Below, piece by piece: positions 24,801 to 37,442 of a stretch of 64,000 nt of DNA. A program made the translations under genes and the position numbers. Position 1 is the stretch's first letter. Each line of letters begins with the position of its first letter. A model generated the notes under the pieces. That model did no database searches and was not told where the DNA came from. It saw nothing but the letters and a program-made list of their open reading frames with translations. This stretch comes from Plasmodiophora brassicae (lineage: Eukaryota). The stretch is taken from NCBI GenBank assembly GCA_036867785.1, contig CP145410.1:1426001-1490000 (forward strand). Reading direction: 5' to 3'.

Positions 24801-27800
24801 GCTGCGCTTGTCGACCGACTGCTCCATGATGGTCTGCAGGGCGGCCGCGTCCGTCCGCGAGTTCAGGTTGATGTTGGCCGACAGCATCTCGTCGCCGACC
24901 GACGCCAGGTACCGCTTGACGATGCAGGTCTTGCCGGTGCCGGCCGTGCCGACGAACAGGACGGGCTTGCGGTGGCGGACGAGCGCGTCCATCAGGAAGG
25001 TCAGGCGGACCGTGTCGGGCGTGCTGACGACAATGTCGGTGACGACGGTGCCGGACGCCAGCGGGTCGACCTTGTACTCGGGGACGACCGCCTGCCACAG
25101 CTGCAACTTGCAGTCCTCGATCGACGTGAAGTAGTCGAAGACCTCGTAGCGCGGCTCGTTGGCCTCGGGCAGCGGGTACTTGACGGTCTGGAACGCGTTC
25201 TTGAACCAGGAGCTGAACTCGACGCGGTAGTTGCGCGACTTGTCCACCATCAGGGCGCCGCCGAACGCCCAGACGCAGGCGAACACGAACAGCATCTCGA
25301 AGAGCTCCTTCTCGGTGGCCGCCGACATCTTCTCGTTCGCCGGCATCGCCTTCTTGTGGGCCTGAAGGCGCGGCAGGAGGCCCTCGAGCAGGTAGCAGAG
25401 CGACTGGACGCGCATGATGTCGCTCTGTGGCACGATCGTCTTGAAGTTGCGCCGGATGTACTCGAGCGTCTCGGGCGTCACGTACTTGTTGAACAGCGAC
25501 AGCAGCGTCGACTGCTCCTTCTCATCGTCGCGCGACGCGATCCACGAGTCGACGAAGGGCTTCCACCCGATGTCCTTCTCGTTGATGTAGATGATGCCGG
25601 CGCGGGACACGGTGGCCGGCGTGGCGTGCGCCAGGTTGGAGATCTCGAAGAGCAGGCGCATGGGCGGCGTCAGCGGGATGCGCTCGTTCGACACGAGCGT
25701 CAGCACCTTGTTGTCGTCCATGACCGTGTTGAGCGACTCGATCCAGGCTGGGTCGATGTCACCGTCCAGGACGACCATCTTCCACTTCTGCTGGTCGTTG
25801 TACGGCGGGTTGTTCCTCGACATATTCCGCATGATCGACGACAGGATGCCGTCGTTCCAGTCGGTCTTGGAGAGCCACCCGTACAGCTCGTCGTTGCGGA
25901 TCGCCTTCGGGTTGAACACCTCGAAGACGCACTTCTGCCCGAGGCGGTTGAACGCGCGGAACAGGACCTTCCAGCACTCCGACTTGCCGCACCCGGTCGG
26001 CCCGATGACGAACACCGAGTGGCGGATGTCGAGCAGTTCGGCCAGCTGGACCGTCTTCAGGATGAACGTGTCCTCGGCCTGCAGGGCGCACTCCTTCGTG
26101 CAGAACTGGACCGCCTGCGTCAGCGACTCGTCCGACTTGCGGTCGATGGTCAGCCCGGGGAACAGGTCCGTCACCAGGCGGATGAAGATGGGCGTGTCGT
26201 CGGCGACGACCTTGGGCAGGTTGAAGTCGCGCAGGGCGCGCATCAGGATCTTGTCCTCGCTGGTCGACGGCTCGGCGCGCTTCAGGGCGCCGGCGACGCG
26301 CAGGACGGCCTTGGTGGCGCGCAGGCCCCAGTCGTAGTGCGCCTGCTTGCTGAGCAGCTCGTTCGACAGGCTGTACAGCGTCACGAACTTGAGCGACAGC
26401 GGCCGCGCGTTCAGGAACCCTTCCGACATGAGCATGTTCTCGCAGATCAGCTGGATGTCGGGGACGACCATGGCGCACGACCGGAACAGGGCCTTCAGGT
26501 TCTCGGGCAGCTCGGTACGGCCGGCGTACCCCGGGTTCATCGTGATGAACGCGCCGACCGTCGGCACCAGCGCAATGTTCTCGCCCATGAAGTCGAACCG
26601 CGCCTTCTTCTCGCGGATCGCCTGCAGGATCGTGCTGAACTGCGTCGAGACGACCGACAGCACCTCGATCGGGATGCGGTTGAACTCGTCGAAGCAGCCC
26701 CAGGCGCCCGTCTGCGACAGGCCCTTGAAGATGGCGCCCAGGCTCTCCACGTTCATCTGCTCGCTGCAGTTGAACACGTAGACGGCCAGGCCCATGGCGC
26801 GGCCGAGGTCCTTCGTCGTCTCCGTCTTGCCGGTGCCGGCGGGCCCCGCAGGCGCGCCGCCCATGATCAGGCGCAGGGCCTGCGTCAGCGTGATGTAGCA
26901 TCGGTCGGTGAGCGGCGTGATGACGAGGCGGCCCGTGTTCCCAATGTACTCGTACGAGTACGTGAACGACGCGTCGGCGACGAGGATCTTGCAATCGCGC
27001 GAGTCGGGCACCCACTTGTACCGCAGCTGGGACTGCCAGGCGAACGCGTTCACCTGCTCGACCTTGTTCGTGATCAGCGACTGGACCACGTCGCGGTTGT
27101 GCACGTCGACCGTGATCAGCGTGATGATCTTGATGCGGTCCTCCCTGCTGAGCTTGCCGAGGACCAGGCCGATCAGCTTGCCGAGGCGGTCGTTCAGCAC
27201 CTTCAGGTACTCCTTGAACGCCTGCTCGTTGCCGTCGGCCTGGGCGTCGAACTGCGACTCGACCTCTTCGGTCCACAGCACCTGCGACGCCGTCAGCGCG
27301 ATCTGGGCGCAGTAGTCGAACAGCCACTCGTGGCGCGGCTTCTCGATCTCCCACTGGTCGGCCGCGAACTTGCTGCGTTCCAGGATGTCGCGCAACGTGG
27401 CCCGCATGATGTCCACCAGCCCGTTCAGCCACGTTTCGACGGGGCCGTCGCACAGGAACGGGCGCAGGAAGGGCACGTACTGTCGGGCACGTCGTCAGAA
27501 GGGGCGATCGGTGTACCGACCAGCGAAAGGCGCACGTACCTCGTCACCGTCCTTGCTGTACATGCCGATGGCGTTCTTCGTCGGCGCGTTCGTCGCCGGG
27601 TCCATCTCGAACTCGAGCTTCTTGATGTTGTCGAAGCAGTCGCCCAGGTGCGCCTGGACGGCCTGCGGGTTGTTGCCGTTCGACAGGATGTCGAGCAGGG
27701 CGGTGTTGCTGAGGAAGTAGAAGCGCGGGAACGCGACCTTCTTCGTCTCCAGGTACTGGTTCAGGCTCTTCTCGCACTTCTCCAGGCCCGCCTTCATGTC

Positions 27801-30800
27801 GACGAGGCGCTGCGATCGCCCCGGCCACGTGCACGCCTCGATCGTGTTCGGCGCCGCCGACGCCTCCTTCATCAGGTCGCGGAAGTCGGCGTCGATCCCG
27901 TCGAACCGCTTGCTGTCCTCCGGCAGCTGGACGCGAATGTCCTGCGACGATATGAAGATGGACTGCAGCGACGACCACTTCGCCTGGACCTCCAGCCAGT
28001 CGTGCAGGACGGTCTCGGTCGTGCCCAGGTCGTTCTGCCATTTCTCGACCTCGGTGATGAAGTGCTCGACGTAGCGCCCCTGGCCCGAGATGCCTTGGAG
28101 CATGGCCATGTTCTCCTCGAGCGCCAGCAGGACCTCGTCGGGCGACTTGATGACCAGGACGGACGGGACGTCCTTGTGCGCGCCAAAGTTCAGCGGCAGG
28201 TCCACCCACTGCGTCGCGATCTTCTTCAGCTGGTTGCCGATCTTGTTCTCCTTGGTGGCCAGCTCGACGACCTCCTCGACGTCCGTCACGAACTTGTGCA
28301 GCTCGAGGTCGAGCAGGTCAGCCAGGCAGAACGACGACCCCATGGTGAACTGCCTCGACGTGACGTTCATGATCTGGGTCCAGTGCCGGTCCTGCATGGA
28401 CGGCGAGTGCAGCAGGTTGACGAGGGGCAGGACGGTCGTCATGTTGCGCACCTCGTTCTGCAGGCCGACGTACGCCTTCCAGGCGCGCATCTCCTTTGGC
28501 AACGCCCCGATCCGCTTCTGCAGGTTCTTGGTCTTGTCCATGAGCGCCTCCGTGTCGATCTTGTCCCACAGCGTCTTCTTCCAGTCGTTGAACAGGTAAT
28601 GCGTCAGGGCGATGTTGTCCCAGAGCACCTTCAGCAGGCGGTTCTCCTTCCGGGACAACGGGATCTCCCTGTACGTCGAGATGGACAACTCGAAGAGGCC
28701 CTCGAGGCGGTTCAGTTCGGCGGCGGCCTTCTCCACGATCGTGATCTGCCCGTCGAAGTAGGCGATGTTCCTGTACGCGTCGTGGATGGCGACCTCGTAC
28801 GAGAAGGGCGCTTCGTCGCGGAACGCGGCCCGGAACGTGCGCAGCTGTTCGGCGAAGGCCTCCGCCTTCAGGTTGATGCTCTTGACGCCGCGATCCTGGA
28901 ACGGCGTGATCTTCTCCTTGACCTTGTAGACCTTGTCGACCATGTTCTCCCAGCGCACCGGCGCGTCGTCCAGCATCTTGAGCTCGTAGTCCTTCAGGGC
29001 GAGGCCGTGGCGCTTCAGCATGGCGACCGTGTCGCGCAGCGGGCCGAACGACGCCATCGTGCTCGCGTTCCGCGTGCGCACCTCGTGGATGTACGTCAGC
29101 GAGCGCTCCAGGGCGTCCGTGTCGCCTTCGGGGATGTCCGCTTCCAGGCCGACGCTGATGTCGTTCATGAACGTGTCCAGGCCGATGAGCTGGCGCGTGA
29201 TCTGGTTCTGCAGGAACGACGTGTACGTGTGGATCCATTTGCTGGCCCAGGTCGACAGCGCCTGCTTCAGCGGCTGCGCGTTGATGCGAAGCCAGCCGAT
29301 CTCGATCGACGTCTTCTTCTCCTCGATCTTCGCCTGCACCGACTTGTAATGCAGGATCTTGGCGTCGAACGCCGACAGCGGCGGCATGCCCGACGCGAAC
29401 CCGTCGCTCTTCGCCGACGCCGACGACCCGTTCTGCCCTGCTGCGCCGCCGTCGGCGCTGTCGCCGTTCGCCCCGCCTTCATCGGAGGCGCCGGCCCCGG
29501 CCGCCCCGCCGTTGCCGTCCTTGGCGGCCGCGGACGCACCGTCCGTCGGCGCCTCCACGACCCGCTCCCTGGCGACGAACTCGCGGAACTCGACGTTGCG
29601 GTCCTTGAGCCAGAGGTCCTCGAACTGCAGGTACTCGTTGCGGTAGTCGTTGCACAGGGCCTGCGGGGCGATGTGTCAGTGCGCTGTTGGTCCTGCGCAC
29701 CCGGGGCGTGCAGCTCTGGGCGCTTCATCTCCGTAGTGCCTACCTGGTTGCGCTGCAGATGCTGGCGGAACAGGTCCATCAGGCGGACGATGCCGGGGTC
29801 GGCGCGCAGCTCCCCGAGGTAGTCGCCGCCGTCCTGCGAGTCGAGGCGCGGGATGATCCGGCCGAGCTCGAAGAAGGCGTCGACCCAGGACGTGACCATG
29901 TCCCAGATGTCGGACCCAGGGCCCTGGACGACGTGCGTGTCCTTGGCGTTGAACAGGACGTCCTTGCTGTACAGGCCGAGTTTGATCTCCATCATCGGCG
30001 GAAGCTCCGTCGCCGCGATCTTGTCGTGGTCGATGTTCTCGATGACGAACTCGATGGACGACGCCATGATCTTGATGAGGCCGGCGCGGACGTGCTCCTG
30101 GACAAACTGCACGTACGTCTTCCACTGCGGGGCACCCTTGGACACTTTCAGCGCGTCCGACGTGGCGACGATCAGCTTCTGGATCTGGGCGCCGGCCTTG
30201 GCGATCTCGTCGAATCGCTGCTTGCGTAGCTTGTGGAGGTTGTCCTCGAAGTCCTGGGGCGTCAGCGCCTTGTTCTTGCGCTCGATGAGCGGCTTGCTGA
30301 CCTCCTCCATCAGCTTGATGATGGAGCGCAGGTTGCGCTTCATGACCTGGACGACGTCGTACACCTTCTGGACGTTCTCCATGGCCGACTGGATGAATTC
30401 GTTGACCGACTTTGATTTCCAGGTGAACTCGGTGACACCCGGCTGGATCTCCTCGTGGATCTTCGCCAACGCCTTGTCGACCAGCGGCCTCTCGACCGCG
30501 TTCAGCGTCGTGACCATCTCGTTGAACATGTTGACGATCAGCTGCAGGTTCGTGATCTGCTGTCGGTAGGTCTGCGCCTGGTTGAAGATGGCAATGGCGT
30601 TCTCGGGGACGGCCACCTCCATCTGGAGCAGGTACTTCACCTCGCGGAGCAGCCGCACGACGTCGTCGTCAAAGTTGACATAGTACCGCTCCTGGGCGGC
30701 GTCGTACCGCAGCAGGGGCTTCCGCAGGCTCTCCTGCGTGGTCGTGTCGATCTCCTTCTTCCAGTCCTCGACCTTGCCGGCCTGGTACGTCGCCATGGCG

Positions 30801-32770
30801 TCGAGCACTGTCGTAAAGATCTTCTGGATCTCCACGTTCTCGTCGCTGTCGGCAGCGGACGCCGACGTGTACGCCTTCAGTTTCGCCATCGGCTTGCTGA
30901 TGCGGTCGATCAGGCCTCGGCACCAGGACAGGGCGCCCGACGTCCGCGGCAGGTTCGAGTGGATGGGCGGGCTGTCCTTGCCGTCTAGGAACAGTTCCTG
31001 GACCTGTCGCAGGTCGGCCGAGTACTGTGCCAGCAGCAGCGACTGCTTCTTCTGCAGCTCATCGGCGATGATCGGGCGGTCCAGCAGGCCCTCGAAGCTG
31101 TCCAGCATGCTGAACCGGGCGAAAATCGTCGCGCAGTCGTCGAAGGCGCTGGCCAGGACTTTGGCCAGTCGCCGGTCCAGCTCCTTGATCTGCAGGCGGA
31201 ACCGGTAGAAGTCGTCGTCGAACTCCTTCGCGTTGACATCCATGATGTCGTACGTCACCGCCTTGAACGTCTCGACGGTCTTGCTGAACTCGCTGTGGAC
31301 CTGCCGGAGCGTGTCCGTCAGCGATCTGCCCTTGGTGCCGCCTATGTGCACCTTCTCCAGCTTGCTGAACTCCAGGACGATCTTCGTGAAGTCGAGGATG
31401 TCCTCGCAGCGTTCAATGAAGACGTCCAGTCGCGAGAAGAGAACGTCGGTGCCGACGTCCCAGCGTCGTTCGGCGGGCAGCATGGTGGCGGCCAACGATT
31501 GCGCCGCTGTGAATGCCGTCTTGAACGACGTGCACACGTCGACGGTCGTATGTAGGATGTTGACTGCATCGGGAATGTTCTCGTCGTCGATCAGGCGGAA
31601 CAAGGTGGCGCCCGACACGAACTTCCTGGCCTGCTCGATGATGGAATTGCCGATCTCGCGTACGAGGACGACCAGGCGCGAGCAGGTGCAGTAGGTGCAC
31701 GACTTGGACCAGATCAGGACCATGGTCTGCAGGATGGGCGTGAACAGCGCCACAAGCTTGGGGAAGTCGAGCTCCTCGTTCAGGCGCTGGAAATACGTAC
31801 GCAGCGTGGACAGGTACTTGCTGTTCTCATTGGCCTCCGCCTGCAACCCGGCCGCGTCAGTCGGGGCATCCAGCACAGGTGTACGCCAGAGCCGACCTTG
31901 GCGGACACAACCTCGGCGCCGAGCCTGTCGAACTGGGCGCCCAGGGTGGACTGGACCGATTCCAGGGCGGACAGGACCGCTCGCATGGGCGACGCTGTGA
32001 TCTGGGCATGGATCGAGTTCAGGTTGGCGGATTTGGCGGCCCAGAAGTCGAGCTCGGCGAGCGGCGACGGGTGCAGCCCCGATTTGATGAGCGACTCCGG
32101 GTCCAGTTTCAGGACGGCCTTGATCTGTTTGCTCCAGCCGACGACGAACGTCTCGAGGACGTGCGTCCGTTCCTTGACCGGGAAGTCCCTGCTGAAGACG
32201 TGGCTGGGCGGCAACGGCAGCAGCGTCTTGCCCTTGGACTGCCCCAGCGTCACGTACAACGTCGATGAGAACTGATTCATGCGCGCGATCACGTCCTTGG
32301 CGGCCGGCTCCGACCAGGTCTTGCGGTTGGCCGGGTTGCTGATCAGCGGTTTCATGACGTCCTGGACGATGTAGGACAGGTTGTCGAGCGGTGACGGCGC
32401 CAGGTCCATACAGACCAGGTCGCGAACGTTCGCGCCACTTACGACCATGTCTGACGGCTTTAGGAACATGAGCGCCTTCTTCTTAAACGGTTCGGGCGCC
32501 TTGGCCACCGCCTTAAACGGCTCGCTGCCGCCGGGGTAGAACGACAGCACACGAACATCGGCGTTCTTCAGGAACGCGTTCATGGCGGCACTGCGAGGGG
32601 CACACGCGGCCTTAGTCGACAACGCTGGCAACCCCAGCGTGGCGACTCTCTTACATGGTCTCTTCAGACTCGAAGGACTTTAGGAATTTATCGCGATTCG
32701 TGGAGCCGCGCAGGGCGTCCTCGACGCGTTTGCGAAGCCAAACGACCTCTTCGGACGCTTCCGCCGCCAT
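18867..32770 (-). CDS. Axonemal dynein heavy chain, outer-arm beta type (DNAH9/11/17-like)
   Basis: P-loops GPAGTGKTETTKDL, GPTGCGKS, GTAGTGKT and GVGGSGKQS; RLVITPLTDR, FPRFYF and C-terminal CPVYKT. Four short introns lie near 27480-27539, 29660-29745, 31841-31896 and 32592-32655. Confidence 0.96.
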
Positions 32771-32993
32771 CGTTCCGGGCGGCGGTCACGACGACGACCG
32801 GCGATCAAATATGTCGAGGCTGGCTGGCACTGTACGACCGACCTGGACTAGTCGTCACAGTGTTGTACATTTTCTGACAGAGGACGATGTGCGTGCGCTT
32901 TCGCGCGCTCGGTAGAAGGCACATTCCTTCAGCGGGGCCTGAGATCACTCAGCATGGCATCTTTAGTACGGATGGCACACACGGTGCGATGCA

Positions 32994-35132
32994 TCAGCTG
33001 AGATGCAGGTCGTGGCTGATCATCTTCTCGGCAATGGGGTGGTAGAAGTGACGGTGATGTTTGAAGGTCTCGACGGCGGCGCTGCTCCCAAACTTGGACT
33101 TGAACAGGTCGCGATACAATGGGCGAACGAATTTCATGCGGCCCTGTTTCGTGATGAACTCGATGACCTGGTCCAGGATCGGCGCGTGCTCCAGCTGGAT
33201 GCAGAGCGTGTACCAGCGGAACCGTATCTCGGCGTTCTTCGACATCCGGAACTTGCAGTGATCCTATAAACAGGTGGCATCAGCCTGCAAGTGCCGAATG
33301 CGAGCACGCCGAGTCATACGTCAAGAGCGATCAGCGTATCAGTTGTGACCTTCGCCTTGCCCAACAGGAGCTGGTCGAGGAAGGCGATTCGCTGGCCGGC
33401 AGTAAAAGAGGACAAGTCGGGCCGGTTACCGCAAACCCAGCACGACGCTTTCACCTTGACGACGTCCTGCATCGACTGGTCAAAGTTGGGTTCGACAGGC
33501 GGCATACCTGGCGTGTGCAGCCATGCGTTCCAGTCGATCTGCGTTAGTTTGTCCGGTTCCGCAGCGAATCGCGAACGAACGTCAGTGATGAAGTCGTCCG
33601 TGTCGACCGTTGAAAACTGGTGCCGAGCAATGAACCACTGGAGAAAGCTTTCGAACTGATGCCGACCGAACAGATTCTCAAGGTAAAACAGTAGATTGAA
33701 CCCCTACTGGGACATTCAGTCGGGAACATGTCCACAACGTGCTAAACGTCAACCTTCTCGTATGGGACAGAGGAAAATGCATCATCGGGATCAATACCAG
33801 TCAGATCAGGGCACAAGTTTGTCAATGGATTTTGGGCACCAAAGTGCTCGATATCATCCATCAGGTGTTTCCAGCCACCAATCGCCTGGAAGTGGAACTG
33901 CGCATCGCCATGGATCGCACCCATGATTTTTCTTTCAACGTAGACCGTGAACCCCTCGTTCAGCCAGAAGTGCTAACGCGGATTTAACTGATCCGATAAT
34001 TCATCAAGGCCACGAATGCAAAACACGTACCTCCCAGGTGACGTTCGTAACGAGGTTGCCATGCCAAGAGTGGGCGATTTCGTGCGCAACGACATTCGCT
34101 AGCGACTTGTCGCCGGTGAGCAATGTCGGCGTCACGAACGTTAGGCACGGATTCTCCATCCCACCATATGGGAAGCTGGGTGGCAGCACAAGCACGTCGT
34201 ACCGGCCCCACACGTATCGTCCACAAATGCTCTCGGCAGCTATACGTTGGACGACATTGTGAGATCCACAGAATATTACGAGGGGCAACCAGTGAAGCAC
34301 CTTTAAGGAAGCTCTCCGTCTCAGAAAAATCAGATGCGGCCGCGGCAACAACATCCGGCTCCGCCCAAACCGACGACCGCGGTCCAATTTCTTTCGATTG
34401 AAGGTTCCTATACAGCGTATGACATTGTGCAACTCCAAGAGGCATATGGTCGACGGAATATTACCCGACAGCGAGAGCGATCAGGTAGGACGGCATCGGT
34501 ACTTGCTGGTCGAAATAATACGTTACGCCTTGTGACGATTTAACGGGAGGCTTCTTGGACAGTGCACTCATCAAAGCCACAAGCGGCGGATCGACTGTCA
34601 CTTCAGCGTCATACGTCGACTTATTCATTGGCGTGTCCTGTGTGGATACCGTCAGATAGCGGGCAGAGGAGATTGACAATGGTCAGCGTCGCACCTGGCA
34701 CGGCAGCATGCTTCGCGCGTGGATTGCCTGGCATTGGGTGAAACAAAATGGATACCCAGAGCTGGTCTGCTGGGCAGTCAGCCACTGGACAGCAGATCCC
34801 TGAGGGGTGGTCGAATAGGATATCCGCACAGTGACACGCGAGCTTGCGTTGTGTTCCTCAGGCAGCTGAATCCGCAGAGGACGCCCGAATGGTTGCAATT
34901 CGTCTCCGAGAGAGAACTGGGCAACTTTCTCGTTGCACCAGACTTCATTGATGATAAGATGTCGCGTATCGAGAACGATCTCGGAGGTTCCGTCCTTGAT
35001 GATGTCACAGGCGAGAACCGCCTGGCCGGCGAGGACAGAGCAACTGAAGTCGACGCTAAGCACCAGTTTCATATGACGCACCCGGACGGCGTCGACATTG
35101 GCCAGTGACGACGGGTCCTTGACTGCCTTCAT
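32994..35132 (-). CDS. LTA4H: Leukotriene A4 hydrolase-like M1 aminopeptidase, multi-exon
   Basis: [54 protein letters not shown] and [11 protein letters not shown]. Confidence 0.95.
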
Positions 35133-35349
35133 GACGAGTAGGTCATGCGCAGCGCCAACAAAAATGACCGGCCCTCATGTGCGGTTTTGCCTTTGGGGAC
35201 TGGCGTTGTTTGCCTGCAGACCGGACCAGGCCCAACGAGAGCAGCTGCTCTCCTGGTCCAGGTGGCAGCCCGGCCTACAAAACATCTCACCGGTGGGGCT
35301 ACACGACGTCGTCGCCCGCGAAAGCACTGCGCTGCCCGTTCGCTGGGCC

Positions 35350-35872
35350 TCATGATGCGATGTGCCGCAATGCACGACCGAAATCAAGGGGTTGGGTGTC
35401 GGAGCGCCCGCATACCGCGTTTCGCCTTTTCCGCCTAGGCACGGGCCCCTTGAGGCACAGATCACTCCCGAGTAATGTCAGGACCCCACATACATCGATT
35501 CTGGCCTTTTCCAGGCGCTGCTTCTCCCTGGCGTACCTCCCGTAGAACAGGTGCACAGACGTCGACAACGAGGATTCCCACCTGGGTTTCCTTAGCGAAG
35601 CTTCGCCGTACGGCAGCGACTCGTTCGACATTGGCGACCAGCGGATCGGCTCCCTTAATCAGCGCCGCCGCTTGGCTAGACTTATCCTCGACGACTGCCG
35701 ACATCAGGACTTTCTTGAACATGCCCCGTCCAGATCGGGCATCGGCGCCGAACGTTGCAATCGTCATCGGGCGTTCTGAATTCGTGCCATTACTGCCTGA
35801 CGGCGAACACGACCTGGCCGGTCTGGGATTTAGTGGGGAGTCGACGTTCAAGGTTCCGTACTCACGTCTCAT
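35350..35872 (-). CDS. Small hypothetical multi-exon protein (3' end not resolved)
   Basis: MRREYG..MFKKVLMSAVVEDKSS..KETQ is followed by GT-AG bounded short exons (YAREKQRLEKARID; GPVPRRKRRNA). Confidence 0.35.
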
Positions 35873-36052
35873 CCTACGCTTTCGAACGCAAGTACAACAA
35901 GCAACATAAGCTGTACATAGCGCGCCATGAAACTGTAGCGAAAAGTGCGACTTTCGCGCCCGCCCACGGCCCACCCCTTCCCGCGGTAGGAGGCTTTTTT
36001 GGTTGCTCAAGGCGCAAGGAATGAGAGCGGACGTGGGGGATCGAAGAGTGAT

Positions 36053-36461
36053 GGGGCTCCGCCCTCAACCCCCCGCCCCCGACGGGGCGTCATGCCTCTC
36101 GCAGGGCACCCGGAACCGCCCGACCCGTCCCGCGTTGCTTTGCGACGCGGGTTCCCCGGGCGTGCGGGTGCCCTGCGACAGGCATGTAGCGGCCTGCGGC
36201 CACCCTTCTAAAAACCATACCCGTTTTAGGTGGCCTGCTTGGAGAGCATGCAGGGCTCGTCGGCCAAGCGGGCACACCCCGGCACGGGGGAGGCAGTTCC
36301 CGCAGTTCGCCTGTCGGGCAGTTTCGCACTGCGCCAGTCGGGCGTTCGCGGGCAGTTACAAGTCCGCGGCGGACTACCTGAACGGACAAAGTTATTGGTC
36401 ATCGTGCCGCGTTTCGCCGCAGGTCGTGGCGCAGGCACAGCCAGACTTAGCTCGAAGCCCC
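36053..36461 (+). other. Unidentified highly structured non-coding segment (candidate ncRNA)
   Basis: A 22-bp stem 36091-36112/36165-36186 with one mismatch, nested stems, several further hairpins and a possible closing stem GGGGCT/AGCCCC. G-U wobbles favour the plus strand. Confidence 0.45.
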
Positions 36462-36571
36462 TGGACGTGCGGGTGGTGGCGGGTCACTGCCGCAGCGTAA
36501 ATCTGCCCGCCCCGATCCGATCCGACGCCGCCGTCCACTGCTGAGCCAGTCACGGAGTTCGGGGGCACATC

Positions 36572-37354
36572 ATGTCCACATCACTGCTTCTTGATGTACC
36601 GGACGACGTCTTCAATGTCATTGCCGTCCGGCTGTCGGCGCGTACATTCGCACGCCTGATGGCATGCTGCCGGGCGTTGCGACGTCGCCTGTTCGTCCCG
36701 CGGATCATAGAATCGCGTCTGGCGGTGAGATTTGGGAAGGACGCGCTTACATGTATGCTACAGGTTAATTCTGATTCTGCGATGTCTTTGCTGCTGCATT
36801 ACTCCGCATTGCACCAACGCGCAGCCGTTCTTCCACCTAACGAAATGAGCATCATTTGGATGAACGGGACGTACTGGTCCATGGACTATGACGGCAGAGC
36901 TCCGTTTGGTGCTGTTGCGCGCTTGCACATGGTGTGCTGGTTCGACGTTCGCGCCCAGTTTGTTGGCGTTGCGCGGGGCTTCTACAGGCCGGTTGTGACA
37001 TGTTCGCTAACGGAAAACATTCCTCACTGGCAAGGCGAGCTATCTTTCTCCATGAGGGCGATTGTTCACACCGGTGGTGATGTTCCCAGCATGTCCGTCA
37101 AGGAGTCGAGGCGAATGTTCAACTCTGTTACCGCTCGGTATCCCGAGTGGGGGGACCTGTCGCTGGATCCTGTACATGTTGGAAGCTGTCGAGGTGGTGG
37201 CTCTAAATACGCGCGAGTTGTTGTCGAAATGGTTGATCACAGTCATCGATGGAAGCGCGGATTCGCCATCGCTGCAGTACGGCTTGAGCCTGTCGACGAG
37301 GACGCGAAGGAGTTCTCGGCTCCAATTCCCAAATCCCTGAGGCTATGCAAATAA
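36572..37354 (+). CDS. F-box protein with phloem protein 2 (PP2/Nictaba)-like lectin domain, intronless
   Basis: F-box LLDVPDDVFNVIAVRLSARTFARLMACCRALR; PP2-like MSIIWMNGTYW..VARLHMVCWFDV..GFY..WKRGFAIAAVRLEP. Confidence 0.8.
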   Translation: MSTSLLLDVPDDVFNVIAVRLSARTFARLMACCRALRRRLFVPRIIESRLAVRFGKDALTCMLQVNSDSAMSLLLHYSALHQRAAVLPPNEMSIIWMNGTYWSMDYDGRAPFGAVARLHMVCWFDVRAQFVGVARGFYRPVVTCSLTENIPHWQGELSFSMRAIVHTGGDVPSMSVKESRRMFNSVTARYPEWGDLSLDPVHVGSCRGGGSKYARVVVEMVDHSHRWKRGFAIAAVRLEPVDEDAKEFSAPIPKSLRLCK

Positions 37355-37442
37355 CAAAGCGTTCAGACATATCTATAAATCTAGCCTCAGTGCTCTTTGT
37401 ACTGGTTGCCGCTTGTTGAGACTGACCCGCTTGACTCACTTC

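Noticed and set aside
27472..27539. GTACGTGC repeated at both boundaries of a dynein intron (introner-like TSD)
   Set aside because: The repeat is offset by one base from what a TSD would give, GTACG is a common donor here, and no TIRs are seen.
19803..29822. 3339-aa plus-strand ORF antisense to dynein, and similar ORFs opposite APC4, CNOT11 and eIF3a
   Set aside because: These are shadow ORFs of extreme GC3 codon bias on the opposite strand, with no recognisable domains.
35992..36000. T6 run as a Pol III terminator, or AAAAAAGCC as a U11 5' end
   Set aside because: No recognisable upstream RNA gene, and no U11 pairing motif or Sm site.
36205..36232. CTAAAAACC / TTTTAGG as a telomerase template
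   Set aside because: At most one repeat unit with no alignment extension, it sits within a stem, and the telomere repeat cannot be read from this window.
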